From an uncultured Alphaproteobacteria bacterium (GTDB lineage: Bacteria; Pseudomonadota; Alphaproteobacteria; Rs-D84): 64,000 nucleotides of DNA. How positions within the stretch are numbered: position 1 is the first letter of the stretch; each line of letters opens with the position of its first letter. The position numbers and the translations under genes are program-made. The notes beneath the pieces were generated by a model. That model made no database searches and was not told where the DNA came from. It saw only the letters and a program-made list of their open reading frames with translations. Shown piece after piece: positions 42,919 to 51,330 of this stretch. Location of the stretch: positions 322,246 to 386,245 of the forward strand of contig CAMORN010000001.1 of the NCBI GenBank assembly GCA_946623825.1, in the 5' to 3' direction.

Positions 42919-43767
42919 TTATTTAATAATCTGTTGAAACGAGTTTATAATTTTAATTAAACTGCGATTGTTAACTTGTGTGCGATATATGTAATTATAG
43001 GTTGCAATATCATTGTTATCTAACACCAAACAATTGTGTCTATCACTGTTAGTTGGTTGACCAGAATTTGTATAAACTTTATTTATTTTTGCGCGACCTG
43101 AATTAAACACACTAGATGAAAAATCATTGTATATAAACATTGTGTTTTTACCGTCTGGTGATGTTATTATCCAATCACCAATTTCATTTGTAATGATATT
43201 AAAATCTTTCTTGGATAATTCTTGTTCTAAATTATTTAATGCAAACAATGATTTTTGTGTGTTAAAACCAACCAGACAAATTCTGATTGCATAAGACAAA
43301 GCGATTTCTTTTGTAATATCATTGATTATTTTTATAACACCACTTTGATTGTTATGAAATTCATCAACAGAAATATCTAGTGTTACTAATTTTTCGTATT
43401 TATAAGCATACTTTGCAATATCATACAATATTTTAATACGCGTTCTGTCGCTGTTTCCCCAAACACCATTTGTTTTGAGTGTTGGAATAAAACCGTTTTT
43501 ATAAATAATATCTAACAGATTTGGAATATAATTATCTTGTCCGTGAATATAAGGTGCCATAACTTCACCGCCACCAACACTTAACAATTCATTTGGTTTT
43601 TTGTCCATGCGTGCGGCTTCGTACATATATTTTTCAATTTTTTCTAATGAAAATAATTTTAATGGTTGGGTTGGGGCGCTGCATTCACAACAATGTCGAC
43701 AATTTAAGTCGCACCAATTTGTTATCTTGAAATGAAGATTCCATTTTGTATTCATATTGGACAACAA
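42919..43767 (-). CDS. Radical SAM enzyme (minimal, about 280 aa, no obvious SPASM or auxiliary-cluster domain)
   Basis: NWCDLNCRHCCE gives C-x3-C-x2-C at residues 19-26, and SVGGGEVM is the GGE SAM-binding motif. TTG at 43767; an alternative ATG lies at 43755. Confidence 0.7.
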   Translation of the reverse strand: MLSNMNTKWNLHFKITNWCDLNCRHCCECSAPTQPLKLFSLEKIEKYMYEAARMDKKPNELLSVGGGEVMAPYIHGQDNYIPNLLDIIYKNGFIPTLKTNGVWGNSDRTRIKILYDIAKYAYKYEKLVTLDISVDEFHNNQSGVIKIINDITKEIALSYAIRICLVGFNTQKSLFALNNLEQELSKKDFNIITNEIGDWIITSPDGKNTMFIYNDFSSSVFNSGRAKINKVYTNSGQPTNSDRHNCLVLDNNDIATYNYIYRTQVNNRSLIKIINSFQQIIK

Positions 43768-43770
43768 ACA

Positions 43771-44034
43771 TTATCTGCCATTTCTTTTGGGATTATATGT
43801 GTTGTTTAGGTCGTGTGTAAATTTGCTTATTTCCCTGACGCGTTCCCATCGTAATAAAAGATTATATCTTTCGATTTCGCGCATATAATCCAATAATTTT
43901 TGTTTATCTTCCAATTTTACATTAACAAACCAATTAGCATACATTATACCCCTTATTTGTCCCATCAATTTGCGACAATTTGGTTCTTTCTTTAAATTTC
44001 TGGACATATAATAAGGTTGAACGTATTTTGGCAT
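43771..44034 (-). CDS. Small basic hypothetical protein (87 aa)
   Basis: ATG 44034 after AAGGA. 3-nt gap to the radical SAM ORF and 9-nt gap from the LysM gene. No known motif. Confidence 0.5.
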   Translation of the reverse strand: MPKYVQPYYMSRNLKKEPNCRKLMGQIRGIMYANWFVNVKLEDKQKLLDYMREIERYNLLLRWERVREISKFTHDLNNTYNPKRNGR

Positions 44035-44043
44035 TATAAATCC

Positions 44044-45174
44044 TTATTTAACAGGGATTTTTAAATCTTGTTCTGGGAATATCAAATCAGGATTTTCGAT
44101 TTTGTTTTCTTTTGCTATTGTTGTGAACAAGATACCTTTGCGCAAGAAATTGCGTGCAATTATCCATAAACAATCCCCGCGACGAACGGTATAAAATGTG
44201 TTATTAGCACCAGTCATATTTGGCATAACAAATTTATGTTCAATATCGGCAACAACATTGCCTTCGCCATCATGTAAACGAACATTCATTTTATATGTTG
44301 CGCCTTCTTTTAATTTACCGACATCAACGCCCAGACCATAATTTTTATAACTGGATACGCGTGCATAACCAAGGTATTTATCGTTTAAAGACAAAGATAC
44401 TCTTAATTTTGGCAAAGCTTTACCAGAAACAACCAAACGGCCAGATTCAAGATAATCTATTTTGGATACTGTCAAATCACCATCTTCTACATTTGGAGCT
44501 TGCAAAAATTTGCTGCCGTTTTTAGTTAATAACAAAGATGTTGAATTTTTATATCCGCGTTCAGAAATATAAACAAAAACAGAATTTTCAGATTTGATAT
44601 TTTTTGTTATATCTATCAAAGAAATTACATAGTTGCCTGGTTTATATGCGTTTGCAGGTGCAAAAACAAATTCACCATTTTTATTTGTGTGTTCTGTGGC
44701 AATTATTTTGTTGTTCATAATAACAGAAACATTATCCCCAGGAATTGTACGGCCAGCAATAACCAATTTGCCGTTTTCTTCAATTCTTACAATATCAAAT
44801 TCTGGTTTTGTGATTTCTTTTACAGAATTTGTTTTATCAATTGGTTTAATAACTGGTTCCGGAACAGCAGGGGCAATAACTTTTACCGGAGTGTTTATTT
44901 TTACCAACATAACAACGACGGCTATCAAAACAACCAACAACGCGCATAACATAGGGAACCAATAAGAACGCAATGTGTTTTTATTTTTTTCGTTTGTTGT
45001 TTTTTGTTTTACAGATTTTTGTTCTGGCTGTTTTGTGTTGAACATATTAAATTTACGCAAAAATTCGCGTGTAAAATTACGACGTTTTTCCAACCAAGAT
45101 TGTTGACGATTTACAGCCCCATTTATAATTTCATCTGTTGAACGTTTTGTTTTGTTGATATTGGTTGTTGCCAT
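44044..45174 (-). CDS. Single-pass membrane protein with Ig-like beta-sandwich repeats and a C-terminal LysM domain
   Basis: Start moved to ATG 45174 (AAGGGGG RBS). TM YWFPMLCALLVVLIAVVVMLV. Two GR/GK...P...V.V-type repeats (GRTIPGDNVSVIMNNKIIATEHTNKNGEFVF; GKALPKLRVSLSLNDKYLGYARV). LysM: YTVRRGDCLWIIARNFL...NPDLIFPEQDLKIP. Confidence 0.75.
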   Translation of the reverse strand: MATTNINKTKRSTDEIINGAVNRQQSWLEKRRNFTREFLRKFNMFNTKQPEQKSVKQKTTNEKNKNTLRSYWFPMLCALLVVLIAVVVMLVKINTPVKVIAPAVPEPVIKPIDKTNSVKEITKPEFDIVRIEENGKLVIAGRTIPGDNVSVIMNNKIIATEHTNKNGEFVFAPANAYKPGNYVISLIDITKNIKSENSVFVYISERGYKNSTSLLLTKNGSKFLQAPNVEDGDLTVSKIDYLESGRLVVSGKALPKLRVSLSLNDKYLGYARVSSYKNYGLGVDVGKLKEGATYKMNVRLHDGEGNVVADIEHKFVMPNMTGANNTFYTVRRGDCLWIIARNFLRKGILFTTIAKENKIENPDLIFPEQDLKIPVK

Positions 45175-45208
45175 GCTAAGCCCCCTTGTTTGTTTTCTAC
45201 TTGACAAA

Positions 45209-45236
45209 ATTATTACAAAAAATATTTATTTGTCAA
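45209..45236 (-). promoter_or_regulatory. Candidate promoter of the LysM / radical SAM gene string
   Basis: Minus strand TTGACA (45236-45231), 16-nt spacer containing TGn, AATAAT (45214-45209), about 30 nt upstream of ATG 45174. Confidence 0.45.
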
Positions 45237-45244
45237 GTTATTTG

Positions 45245-45253
45245 TGATATAAT
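45245..45253 (+). promoter_or_regulatory. Extended -10 element upstream of the phosphofructokinase gene
   Basis: TGATATAAT (TGnTATAAT) 27 nt upstream of the TTG start at 45280. Confidence 0.35.
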
Positions 45254-45279
45254 AAAGACAAATTTACAGGGAGATTAAA

Positions 45280-46368
45280 TTGGCAACTAAAAAAATTGGA
45301 ATTATGACAACAGGTGGCGATTGTTCGGGGTTAAACACCGTTATTCAACGCATTGTTGACGGCTGTGAGCATCGTAAATGGCATGTAATAGGTATCCAAG
45401 ATGGTACGGACGGTTTATATTCATCACCGGCAAAAACAATAGATTTGTCTGATGCCACTTTTTTATTTGCTAATTCTTATTCATCGGGCAGTATTCTGGC
45501 GAACGGAAATGAAAACGCAACAAATTTTGAATCTGCGGCACGCGCGGGTAAATTAAGTGCTTTTAATAAAAGATTGCAAAAATCATTAAAAGATTTGAAT
45601 TTGGATGCTCTTATTTTGATTGGTGGCAATGGCAGTTTGTCATTGGCACATTTATATAAAGAAATATATTCAGATTTGCAATTAATATGTATTCCAAAGA
45701 CAATGGATCTTGATATACCTTTAACCGATAAAACAATTGGTTTTGATACAGCGGTGCAACAATTGTCTTATTATGCAGAACAATTGTTATTAATTGCGCG
45801 CAGTCATCACAGATGGTTTGTTATTCAAGCAATGGGGCGCGCCTGTGGAAGTTTGGCTTTACACGCGGGTGTTGCAGTTGGCGCAGATGCAATTTTGATA
45901 CCAGAGGTAAAATTTGATGTTGATAATTTGGTTAAACATATTAAAAAATCAAAACGTGATTATGGAATAATAATGGTATCAGAAGCAATTTCAATTCGTG
46001 GGCATTCTGGAAAACCTGCAGATATGATTTCACGTGCATTAAATGCTGCAAATATACCAAACAGAACATCTTTTCCTGAACATCTGCAAAGGGCGGGCAA
46101 TACAACTGCAAACGACAGAATATTAGCCATGGGTTTTGCTGATACTGCATTAAAAGCAATAGAAAACAATGAAACAAATGTCATGACTGTATTACAAAAT
46201 GGTGAATACAAAACGGTATCTTTGAGTGATTTCTTTGATGCAGGACGAAAAGTGAAAGATCCACATATTGTTGGTGTAATGACTTCAAATCGTTATGTAG
46301 AACCAGACGATGTATTATTGCAAATAGCAACAGATATGGGAATTTATATCGGTGAAAAAAGAAAATAA
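45280..46368 (+). CDS. 6-phosphofructokinase (PfkA family; phosphoryl donor ambiguous)
   Basis: IGIMTTGGDCSGLN, LILIGGNGS, IPKTMDLDI, AMGRACGSLAL, EHLQRAG align with the PfkA motifs GGDxPGxN, GGDGS, PGTIDND, MGRxxG, GHxQRGG. Confidence 0.85.
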   Translation: MATKKIGIMTTGGDCSGLNTVIQRIVDGCEHRKWHVIGIQDGTDGLYSSPAKTIDLSDATFLFANSYSSGSILANGNENATNFESAARAGKLSAFNKRLQKSLKDLNLDALILIGGNGSLSLAHLYKEIYSDLQLICIPKTMDLDIPLTDKTIGFDTAVQQLSYYAEQLLLIARSHHRWFVIQAMGRACGSLALHAGVAVGADAILIPEVKFDVDNLVKHIKKSKRDYGIIMVSEAISIRGHSGKPADMISRALNAANIPNRTSFPEHLQRAGNTTANDRILAMGFADTALKAIENNETNVMTVLQNGEYKTVSLSDFFDAGRKVKDPHIVGVMTSNRYVEPDDVLLQIATDMGIYIGEKRK

Positions 46369-46369
46369 T

Positions 46370-46993
46370 ATGTTCGGATATAAAGTTTATATAAACTTGT
46401 TTTTGTATAAAATTGGCGCAAAACATATATTGCCGTCTGCAATCATAAACAGCAAACCAATTAAAGAAAACAACGAAGATTTAGTAAAATATCAAAATGT
46501 TTTTGTTCGCAAATCTGTTGCTAAAATGTTAAAGATAGCGACAAATTTGCTGCCAAAAGATTATTCTTTTAAAATATTGTGTGGTTATCGTTCAATAGCC
46601 GAACAACAAAAAAATTGGGAAAACGGTATAAAAATACTTATAAAACAACACCCAACATTATCAATATCTGAAATAGAAAACATCAACAGAAAAATGAACG
46701 CAGATCCAAGACGTGGCTTCGGCCCACATCAAACGGGTGGAGCAACAGATATAATTTTGTTATACAAAAACAAACCTGTTGATATGGGTGGCGAATATAT
46801 GTCAAACCTAAATTCTAAAACATATTCTAAAAATTTAACAAACATCCAAAAAACAAATCGTAAAATTTTAATTACCGCACTTGAAAGTGTCGGATTCCAA
46901 AATTATCCAAATGAGTGGTGGCATTGGTCTTACGGAGACAGGGCTTATGCAGCATATAAAAATAAAAAATATGCAATTTATGGAAAAAAATAA
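46370..46993 (+). CDS. D-alanyl-D-alanine dipeptidase (peptidase M15D, VanX/DdpX-like)
   Basis: CGYRSIAEQ, GPHQTGGATD (H-x2-G-x-A-x-D zinc site), NEWWHWSYGD (EWWH). The start is uncertain (GTG 46352 or ATG 46370). Confidence 0.8.
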   Translation: MFGYKVYINLFLYKIGAKHILPSAIINSKPIKENNEDLVKYQNVFVRKSVAKMLKIATNLLPKDYSFKILCGYRSIAEQQKNWENGIKILIKQHPTLSISEIENINRKMNADPRRGFGPHQTGGATDIILLYKNKPVDMGGEYMSNLNSKTYSKNLTNIQKTNRKILITALESVGFQNYPNEWWHWSYGDRAYAAYKNKKYAIYGKK

Positions 46994-47019
46994 AAAAAAC
47001 GCCCGAAAGGGCGCTTTTC
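46992..47019. terminator. Bidirectional terminator
   Basis: A-run, CGCCC-GAAA-GGGCG (GNRA loop), T-run. Confidence 0.65.
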
Positions 47020-47425
47020 ATTTTTGTTTGTTTTGTTTTATTTGTTTCAATTGTTTTAACAGATTTGTTGCTAGTTTATCCATTTCAACAACATTCATAT
47101 TCGGAATAGCCAATTCGCGACCAGATTTACGGGCTTCTTCTGTTTCTTTTTTCATATATTTAACAATGCTAAATTCACGAATTTCTGGGCCTGTTTTTAC
47201 AATTTCGCCGTTAACTCTATCAAAAGTAGGTTTACCGTGTATTAAAACATAATCACCAACGCGCAATAATTTTACAAGGTTGTTCATAGCGCCGTGATCT
47301 CTGTCATATTTATATTCTATTGCAAAACGACCCCACCAAGGGTTATAAAATTCCAAATTATAACCGTTTTTTATTTCTGATTTAGATAATAAAACAGATT
47401 TTATTTTAGATACAATTTCTGCCAT
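47018..47425 (-). CDS. Hypothetical protein (135 aa) in the position usually held by dnaJ
   Basis: Clean ORF downstream of dnaK. No J-domain HPD motif and no Cys-rich zinc finger. Confidence 0.5.
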   Translation of the reverse strand: MAEIVSKIKSVLLSKSEIKNGYNLEFYNPWWGRFAIEYKYDRDHGAMNNLVKLLRVGDYVLIHGKPTFDRVNGEIVKTGPEIREFSIVKYMKKETEEARKSGRELAIPNMNVVEMDKLATNLLKQLKQIKQNKQK

Positions 47426-47532
47426 TGATTTACCCCTCTATACATTTAATGGTATCACAGATATCTTCGTTGTCAACAAAGAACCGCCCATTTGGACGGT
47501 TCTTTGGATAGGAGTAAATTAACCATAAAACA

Positions 47533-49434
47533 TTATTTTTCAGAAAAATCTGCATCTGTTGCGTTTTTGTCGCCAGATTCAGTGTTTTGTTCTGATGATG
47601 CACCTTGCTGTTGTTGTGCTTCTTGGGCTGCTTTATAGACGGCTTCACCCAATTTCATAGCTTTTTCAGTAAGGGCATCAGTTTTTGTCTTTAATGATTC
47701 AGCAGTTGCATCTGCTTTTGCTAATTCATCAGACAAATCTTTCTTTGCGGTTTCTATTGCTTCGCGTTCTTCAGCAGAGATTTTATCACCATGTTCTTTC
47801 AATGATTTTTCAATGCTGAATATTGCTGTTTCCGCTGTGTTTTTTGCTTCTGCTAATTCTTTCTTCTTTTTATCAGATTCAGCATTTGCAGCAGCTTCAT
47901 CAACCATGCGTTTGATTTCCTCTTCGGATAATCCGCCGTCTGATTTAATAGAAATCGCTTGTTCTTTGCCGGTTCCTTTATCTTTTGCAGACACATGAAC
48001 GATACCGTTTGCGTCTATATCAAAAGAAACTTCAATTTGTGGCATTCCACGTGGGGCAGGTGCGATACCTTCCAAATTAAATTGACCCAACAATTTATTA
48101 TCGGCAGCCATATCGCGTTCACCCTGAAATACACGAATTGTCACAGCAGATTGGTTGTCTTCTGCAGTAGAGAATATTTGTGATTTCTTGGTTGGAATTG
48201 TTGTATTTCTGTCAATCAAACGTGTGAATACACCACCCAATGTTTCAATACCCAATGACAATGGGGTAACATCCAACAACAAGACATCTTTAACATCGCC
48301 TTTTAAAACACCACCTTGAATAGCAGCACCAAGGGCAACGACTTCGTCTGGGTTAACGCCTTTGTGTGGTTCTTTACCAAAGAATTCTTTTACAGTTTCT
48401 ACAACCTTTGGCATACGTGTTTGACCACCAACCAAAATAACTTCGTTGATTTGAGATGTTGTCAAACCCGCATCTTTCAATGCTTTGCGACATGGTTCAA
48501 TTGTTTTTTCAATTAAATCTTCAACCAAAGATTCCAATTTTGCACGTGTCAATGTTGTGTTGAAATGTTTTGGACCAGTTGCATCAGCAGTCAAGAAAGG
48601 CAAATTGATTTCTGTTGATGTCTTTGAAGACAATTCAATTTTTGCCTTTTCTGCGGCTTCTTTCAAACGTTGCAGTGCCAATTTATCATTTGATAAATCA
48701 ATACCTGTTTGAGATTTGAATTCTTCAATCAAATGTTTCAAGATGCGTGCATCAAAATCAGAACCACCCAATGCGGTATCACCGTTTGTAGATTTAACTT
48801 CGAATACACCGTCTACGATTTCCAAGATAGAAACATCGAATGTACCACCACCAAGGTCATAAACAGCAATCACACCATCTTTGTTTTTATCCAAACCATA
48901 TGCCAATGCAGCGGCAGTTGGTTCATTAACAATACGCAATACATTTAAACCTGCAATACGACCAGCGTCTTTTGTAGCCTGACGTTGAGAATCATTAAAA
49001 TATGCAGGAACAGTAATAACAGCATCTGTAACTGTTTCACCAAGATAACTTTCTGCATCTTTCTTTAATTTAGCTAAAATCATAGCTGAAATCTGTGATG
49101 GGGCATATTTTTTTCCATCAATTTCAACCCATGCATCACCATTTTCACCTGCTACGATTTTATAAGGAACACGCGCTTGAATTTCTTTGACTGCAGCACT
49201 GTCGTAACGCAATCCCATCAAACGTTTAATTTCATAAATTGTGTTTTCAGGATTTGTGACAGCTTGGTTTTTTGCAGTGATACCAACCAATTGGTCGCCA
49301 GATGTTGTCAAAGCAACCACAGATGGTGTTGTGCGTTGTCCTTCGCTGTTTTCAATGATTTTTGGATCTGTTCCGTCCATGAAAGCCATAGCGGAATTAG
49401 TTGTTCCAAGGTCGATACCTAATACTTTTGACAT
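47533..49434 (-). CDS. dnaK: Molecular chaperone DnaK (Hsp70)
   Basis: [32 protein letters not shown] and full-length collinearity with Hsp70. Confidence 0.97.
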   Translation of the reverse strand: MSKVLGIDLGTTNSAMAFMDGTDPKIIENSEGQRTTPSVVALTTSGDQLVGITAKNQAVTNPENTIYEIKRLMGLRYDSAAVKEIQARVPYKIVAGENGDAWVEIDGKKYAPSQISAMILAKLKKDAESYLGETVTDAVITVPAYFNDSQRQATKDAGRIAGLNVLRIVNEPTAAALAYGLDKNKDGVIAVYDLGGGTFDVSILEIVDGVFEVKSTNGDTALGGSDFDARILKHLIEEFKSQTGIDLSNDKLALQRLKEAAEKAKIELSSKTSTEINLPFLTADATGPKHFNTTLTRAKLESLVEDLIEKTIEPCRKALKDAGLTTSQINEVILVGGQTRMPKVVETVKEFFGKEPHKGVNPDEVVALGAAIQGGVLKGDVKDVLLLDVTPLSLGIETLGGVFTRLIDRNTTIPTKKSQIFSTAEDNQSAVTIRVFQGERDMAADNKLLGQFNLEGIAPAPRGMPQIEVSFDIDANGIVHVSAKDKGTGKEQAISIKSDGGLSEEEIKRMVDEAAANAESDKKKKELAEAKNTAETAIFSIEKSLKEHGDKISAEEREAIETAKKDLSDELAKADATAESLKTKTDALTEKAMKLGEAVYKAAQEAQQQQGASSEQNTESGDKNATDADFSEK

Positions 49435-49465
49435 AATTTTTACTCCTTAAATTTCTACTTGTTTG

Positions 49466-49495
49466 AGATATAGTTATTATTATTTTGATTTCAAG
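49466..49495 (-). promoter_or_regulatory. Sigma-32 (heat-shock)-type promoter upstream of dnaK
   Basis: Minus strand CTTGAAA (49495-49489), 15-nt spacer, CTATATCT (49473-49466). Compare the consensus CTTGAAA-N13-15-CCCCATNT and the alphaproteobacterial CTTG-N17-18-CYTATNT. Confidence 0.5.
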
Positions 49496-49530
49496 TGGTC
49501 AAACAAAAAATTATTCAAGGTTGTTATTCC

Positions 49531-49562
49531 TAATAAAAAAGACCGTCCGGAAAGGGCGGTCT
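49531..49562 (-). terminator. Terminator after rplY
   Basis: Minus strand AGACCGCCC-TTTCC-GGACGGTCT followed by T6. Confidence 0.65.
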
Positions 49563-49584
49563 TGTAATTTCAGAAACAAAGATA

Positions 49585-50208
49585 TTATTTCTTTGCAGGT
49601 GCAGCAGCCGCAGGGGCAGCAGCCTGTTGTTTTGCATCTGCTTCTTCTGGCATTTTACCACCGATAGTAGCGAAAGCCAAATCAGCCATATGCAAGCCCA
49701 ATTTAATACCTTCTGGTAATACCAAATCTGAACCGTGGATTGTATCGCCGATTGTAACATCTGATAAATCAATTGTGATTTTTTCAGGCATATCAGATAC
49801 CAAACCAATCAAAGCAACCTTACGTACTGCGAAATTCAATACACCACCCAATTTAAGACCTTTGGATGATTCTGTATTGATAACTTCTACAGGAACAACA
49901 ACATGTACAGGTTCTTTAACATTGATGCGTTTAAAATCAACGTGAACAACTTTGTCAGATACTGGATGATATTGAATATCCATCAACATAGCGTCTTCTT
50001 TGCCGTTTGATGTTGTAATTTCAAACAATTTTGTTCGCAATGATGGTTGTCCCAACAACATATTGAATTCATGTCCATTCAATTCAATAGACACAGGTTC
50101 TTTCTTTTCGCCATAGATAACAGCAGGGATGTTTTGGTTCTTGCGAACTGCACGTGCGGCCCCCTTGCCAGCAACTTTGCGAATTTCAGCGTTTAATTGT
50201 ATAGCCAT
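49585..50208 (-). CDS. rplY: 50S ribosomal protein L25 / general stress protein Ctc
   Basis: GKGAARAVRKNQNIPAVIYG, and a full Ctc-type two-domain length with an Ala/Pro/Lys tail. Confidence 0.9.
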   Translation of the reverse strand: MAIQLNAEIRKVAGKGAARAVRKNQNIPAVIYGEKKEPVSIELNGHEFNMLLGQPSLRTKLFEITTSNGKEDAMLMDIQYHPVSDKVVHVDFKRINVKEPVHVVVPVEVINTESSKGLKLGGVLNFAVRKVALIGLVSDMPEKITIDLSDVTIGDTIHGSDLVLPEGIKLGLHMADLAFATIGGKMPEEADAKQQAAAPAAAAPAKK

Positions 50209-50314
50209 TTTAAATCCTTTTTAATGGTTTGTTTGTTTTGTTACATGACCTCCAAGGGTGTCATGCAGGGCATATTATTTATTAAAAAGCACGAAAAATC
50301 AAGTTTTTTCTGAT

Positions 50315-50863
50315 TTATTTTTTACGTAAAATTAAAAATCTGGCACGGCCATAGGTTTTATCTTTCAAAATTTCCCATTTTTCGTTTAATTTTGGTGTGT
50401 TTGTGTTTTCCAATTCCCAGATTAAAACAGCACCTGTTTTTGCAACATTTGTTAATTTTCTGACAAATGCACAGCCCAGATTAAATTCAGAATAAGGCGG
50501 ATCAATAAAAATCAAATCTGAAATACCACCGAATTTAGATATACCAGCCAATGCGTCCAATCTTTCAATTGTCGCAATTTCATTAACTGAATTCAGGTTC
50601 TTTTTTAATGTTCCGATAGATGATGATGCGGTATCAGTAAACACAACCATTGGTTTATCATATCTGGACAAACATTCTATACCAAATGCCCCAGAGCCAC
50701 CAAACGCATCCCACACAGATATCCTTTCAGATTTATCCAATATTTCGTTCAACATGTTAAATAACGCACCACGCGCCATATTTTGTGTTGGACGGGCATC
50801 TTGGGGTAAAAGTAATTTTTTACCACGATATTTTCCTGAAATGATTTGCAAATTTGATTTCAT
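50315..50863 (-). CDS. rsmD: 16S rRNA (guanine966-N2)-methyltransferase
   Basis: IISGKYRGKKLLLP, DAFGGSGAFGIE (SAM motif I), FIDPPY (motif IV). Confidence 0.85.
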   Translation of the reverse strand: MKSNLQIISGKYRGKKLLLPQDARPTQNMARGALFNMLNEILDKSERISVWDAFGGSGAFGIECLSRYDKPMVVFTDTASSSIGTLKKNLNSVNEIATIERLDALAGISKFGGISDLIFIDPPYSEFNLGCAFVRKLTNVAKTGAVLIWELENTNTPKLNEKWEILKDKTYGRARFLILRKK

Positions 50864-50880
50864 AGTATAAACTTTACAAT

Positions 50881-51330
50881 ATGAATTTTATGAATCAAGC
50901 ATTTTTATTAGCAAAAAAAGCACAATTACACGATGATGTGCCAATTGGTGCAGTTATTGTTCGTGACGGTAAAATAATTGCACGTGGCGAAAACAGAGTG
51001 CAAAAAAGCAAAAATCCGACCTTGCATGCAGAAATCGTTGCTATAAACAAGGCATGTAAGAAATTAAATGTTAAATTCTTAGACGATTGCGATATCTATG
51101 TTACATTAGAACCGTGTTCTATGTGTGCAACTGCGATATCTTTTGCCCGCATAAGAAATGTTTATTTTGCAGCATGCGATGAAAAGGGCGGTGGAATAAC
51201 TAGCAATGCGAAAATATATGAATCTGACAGACATTTATGGAAACCAAATGTAATTCAAATGCCAGAATATGCAGAAGAATCTGCAATTTTGCTTAAAAAC
51301 TTTTTTGCCAAAATGCGTAAAAAGAATTAA
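50881..51330 (+). CDS. tadA: tRNA adenosine(34) deaminase
   Basis: DVPIGAVIV, HAE...LEPCSMCATA (H[AC]E ... PC..C zinc site). Confidence 0.9.
   Translation: MNFMNQAFLLAKKAQLHDDVPIGAVIVRDGKIIARGENRVQKSKNPTLHAEIVAINKACKKLNVKFLDDCDIYVTLEPCSMCATAISFARIRNVYFAACDEKGGGITSNAKIYESDRHLWKPNVIQMPEYAEESAILLKNFFAKMRKKN

Noticed and set aside
31735-45279. Whether the giant gene plus cassette is a tRNA-Gly-integrated genomic island.
   Set aside because: I found no direct repeat of the tRNA-Gly 3' end at 41792-41830 or 45175-45279, and no integrase. Base composition does not look different from the flanks by eye. A formal GC and codon-usage calculation would be needed.
47430-47648. 72-aa minus-strand ORF overlapping the 3' end of dnaK.
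   Set aside because: It is out of frame with and overlaps dnaK. It has no ribosome-binding site, and its product is basic and low-complexity.
49585-50208. Ala/Pro/Lys-rich tail of L25 and Ala/Glu-rich tail of S16 as possible novel extensions.
   Set aside because: Low-complexity C-terminal extensions of these ribosomal proteins are common in Alphaproteobacteria. This is supportive of taxonomy, not novel.
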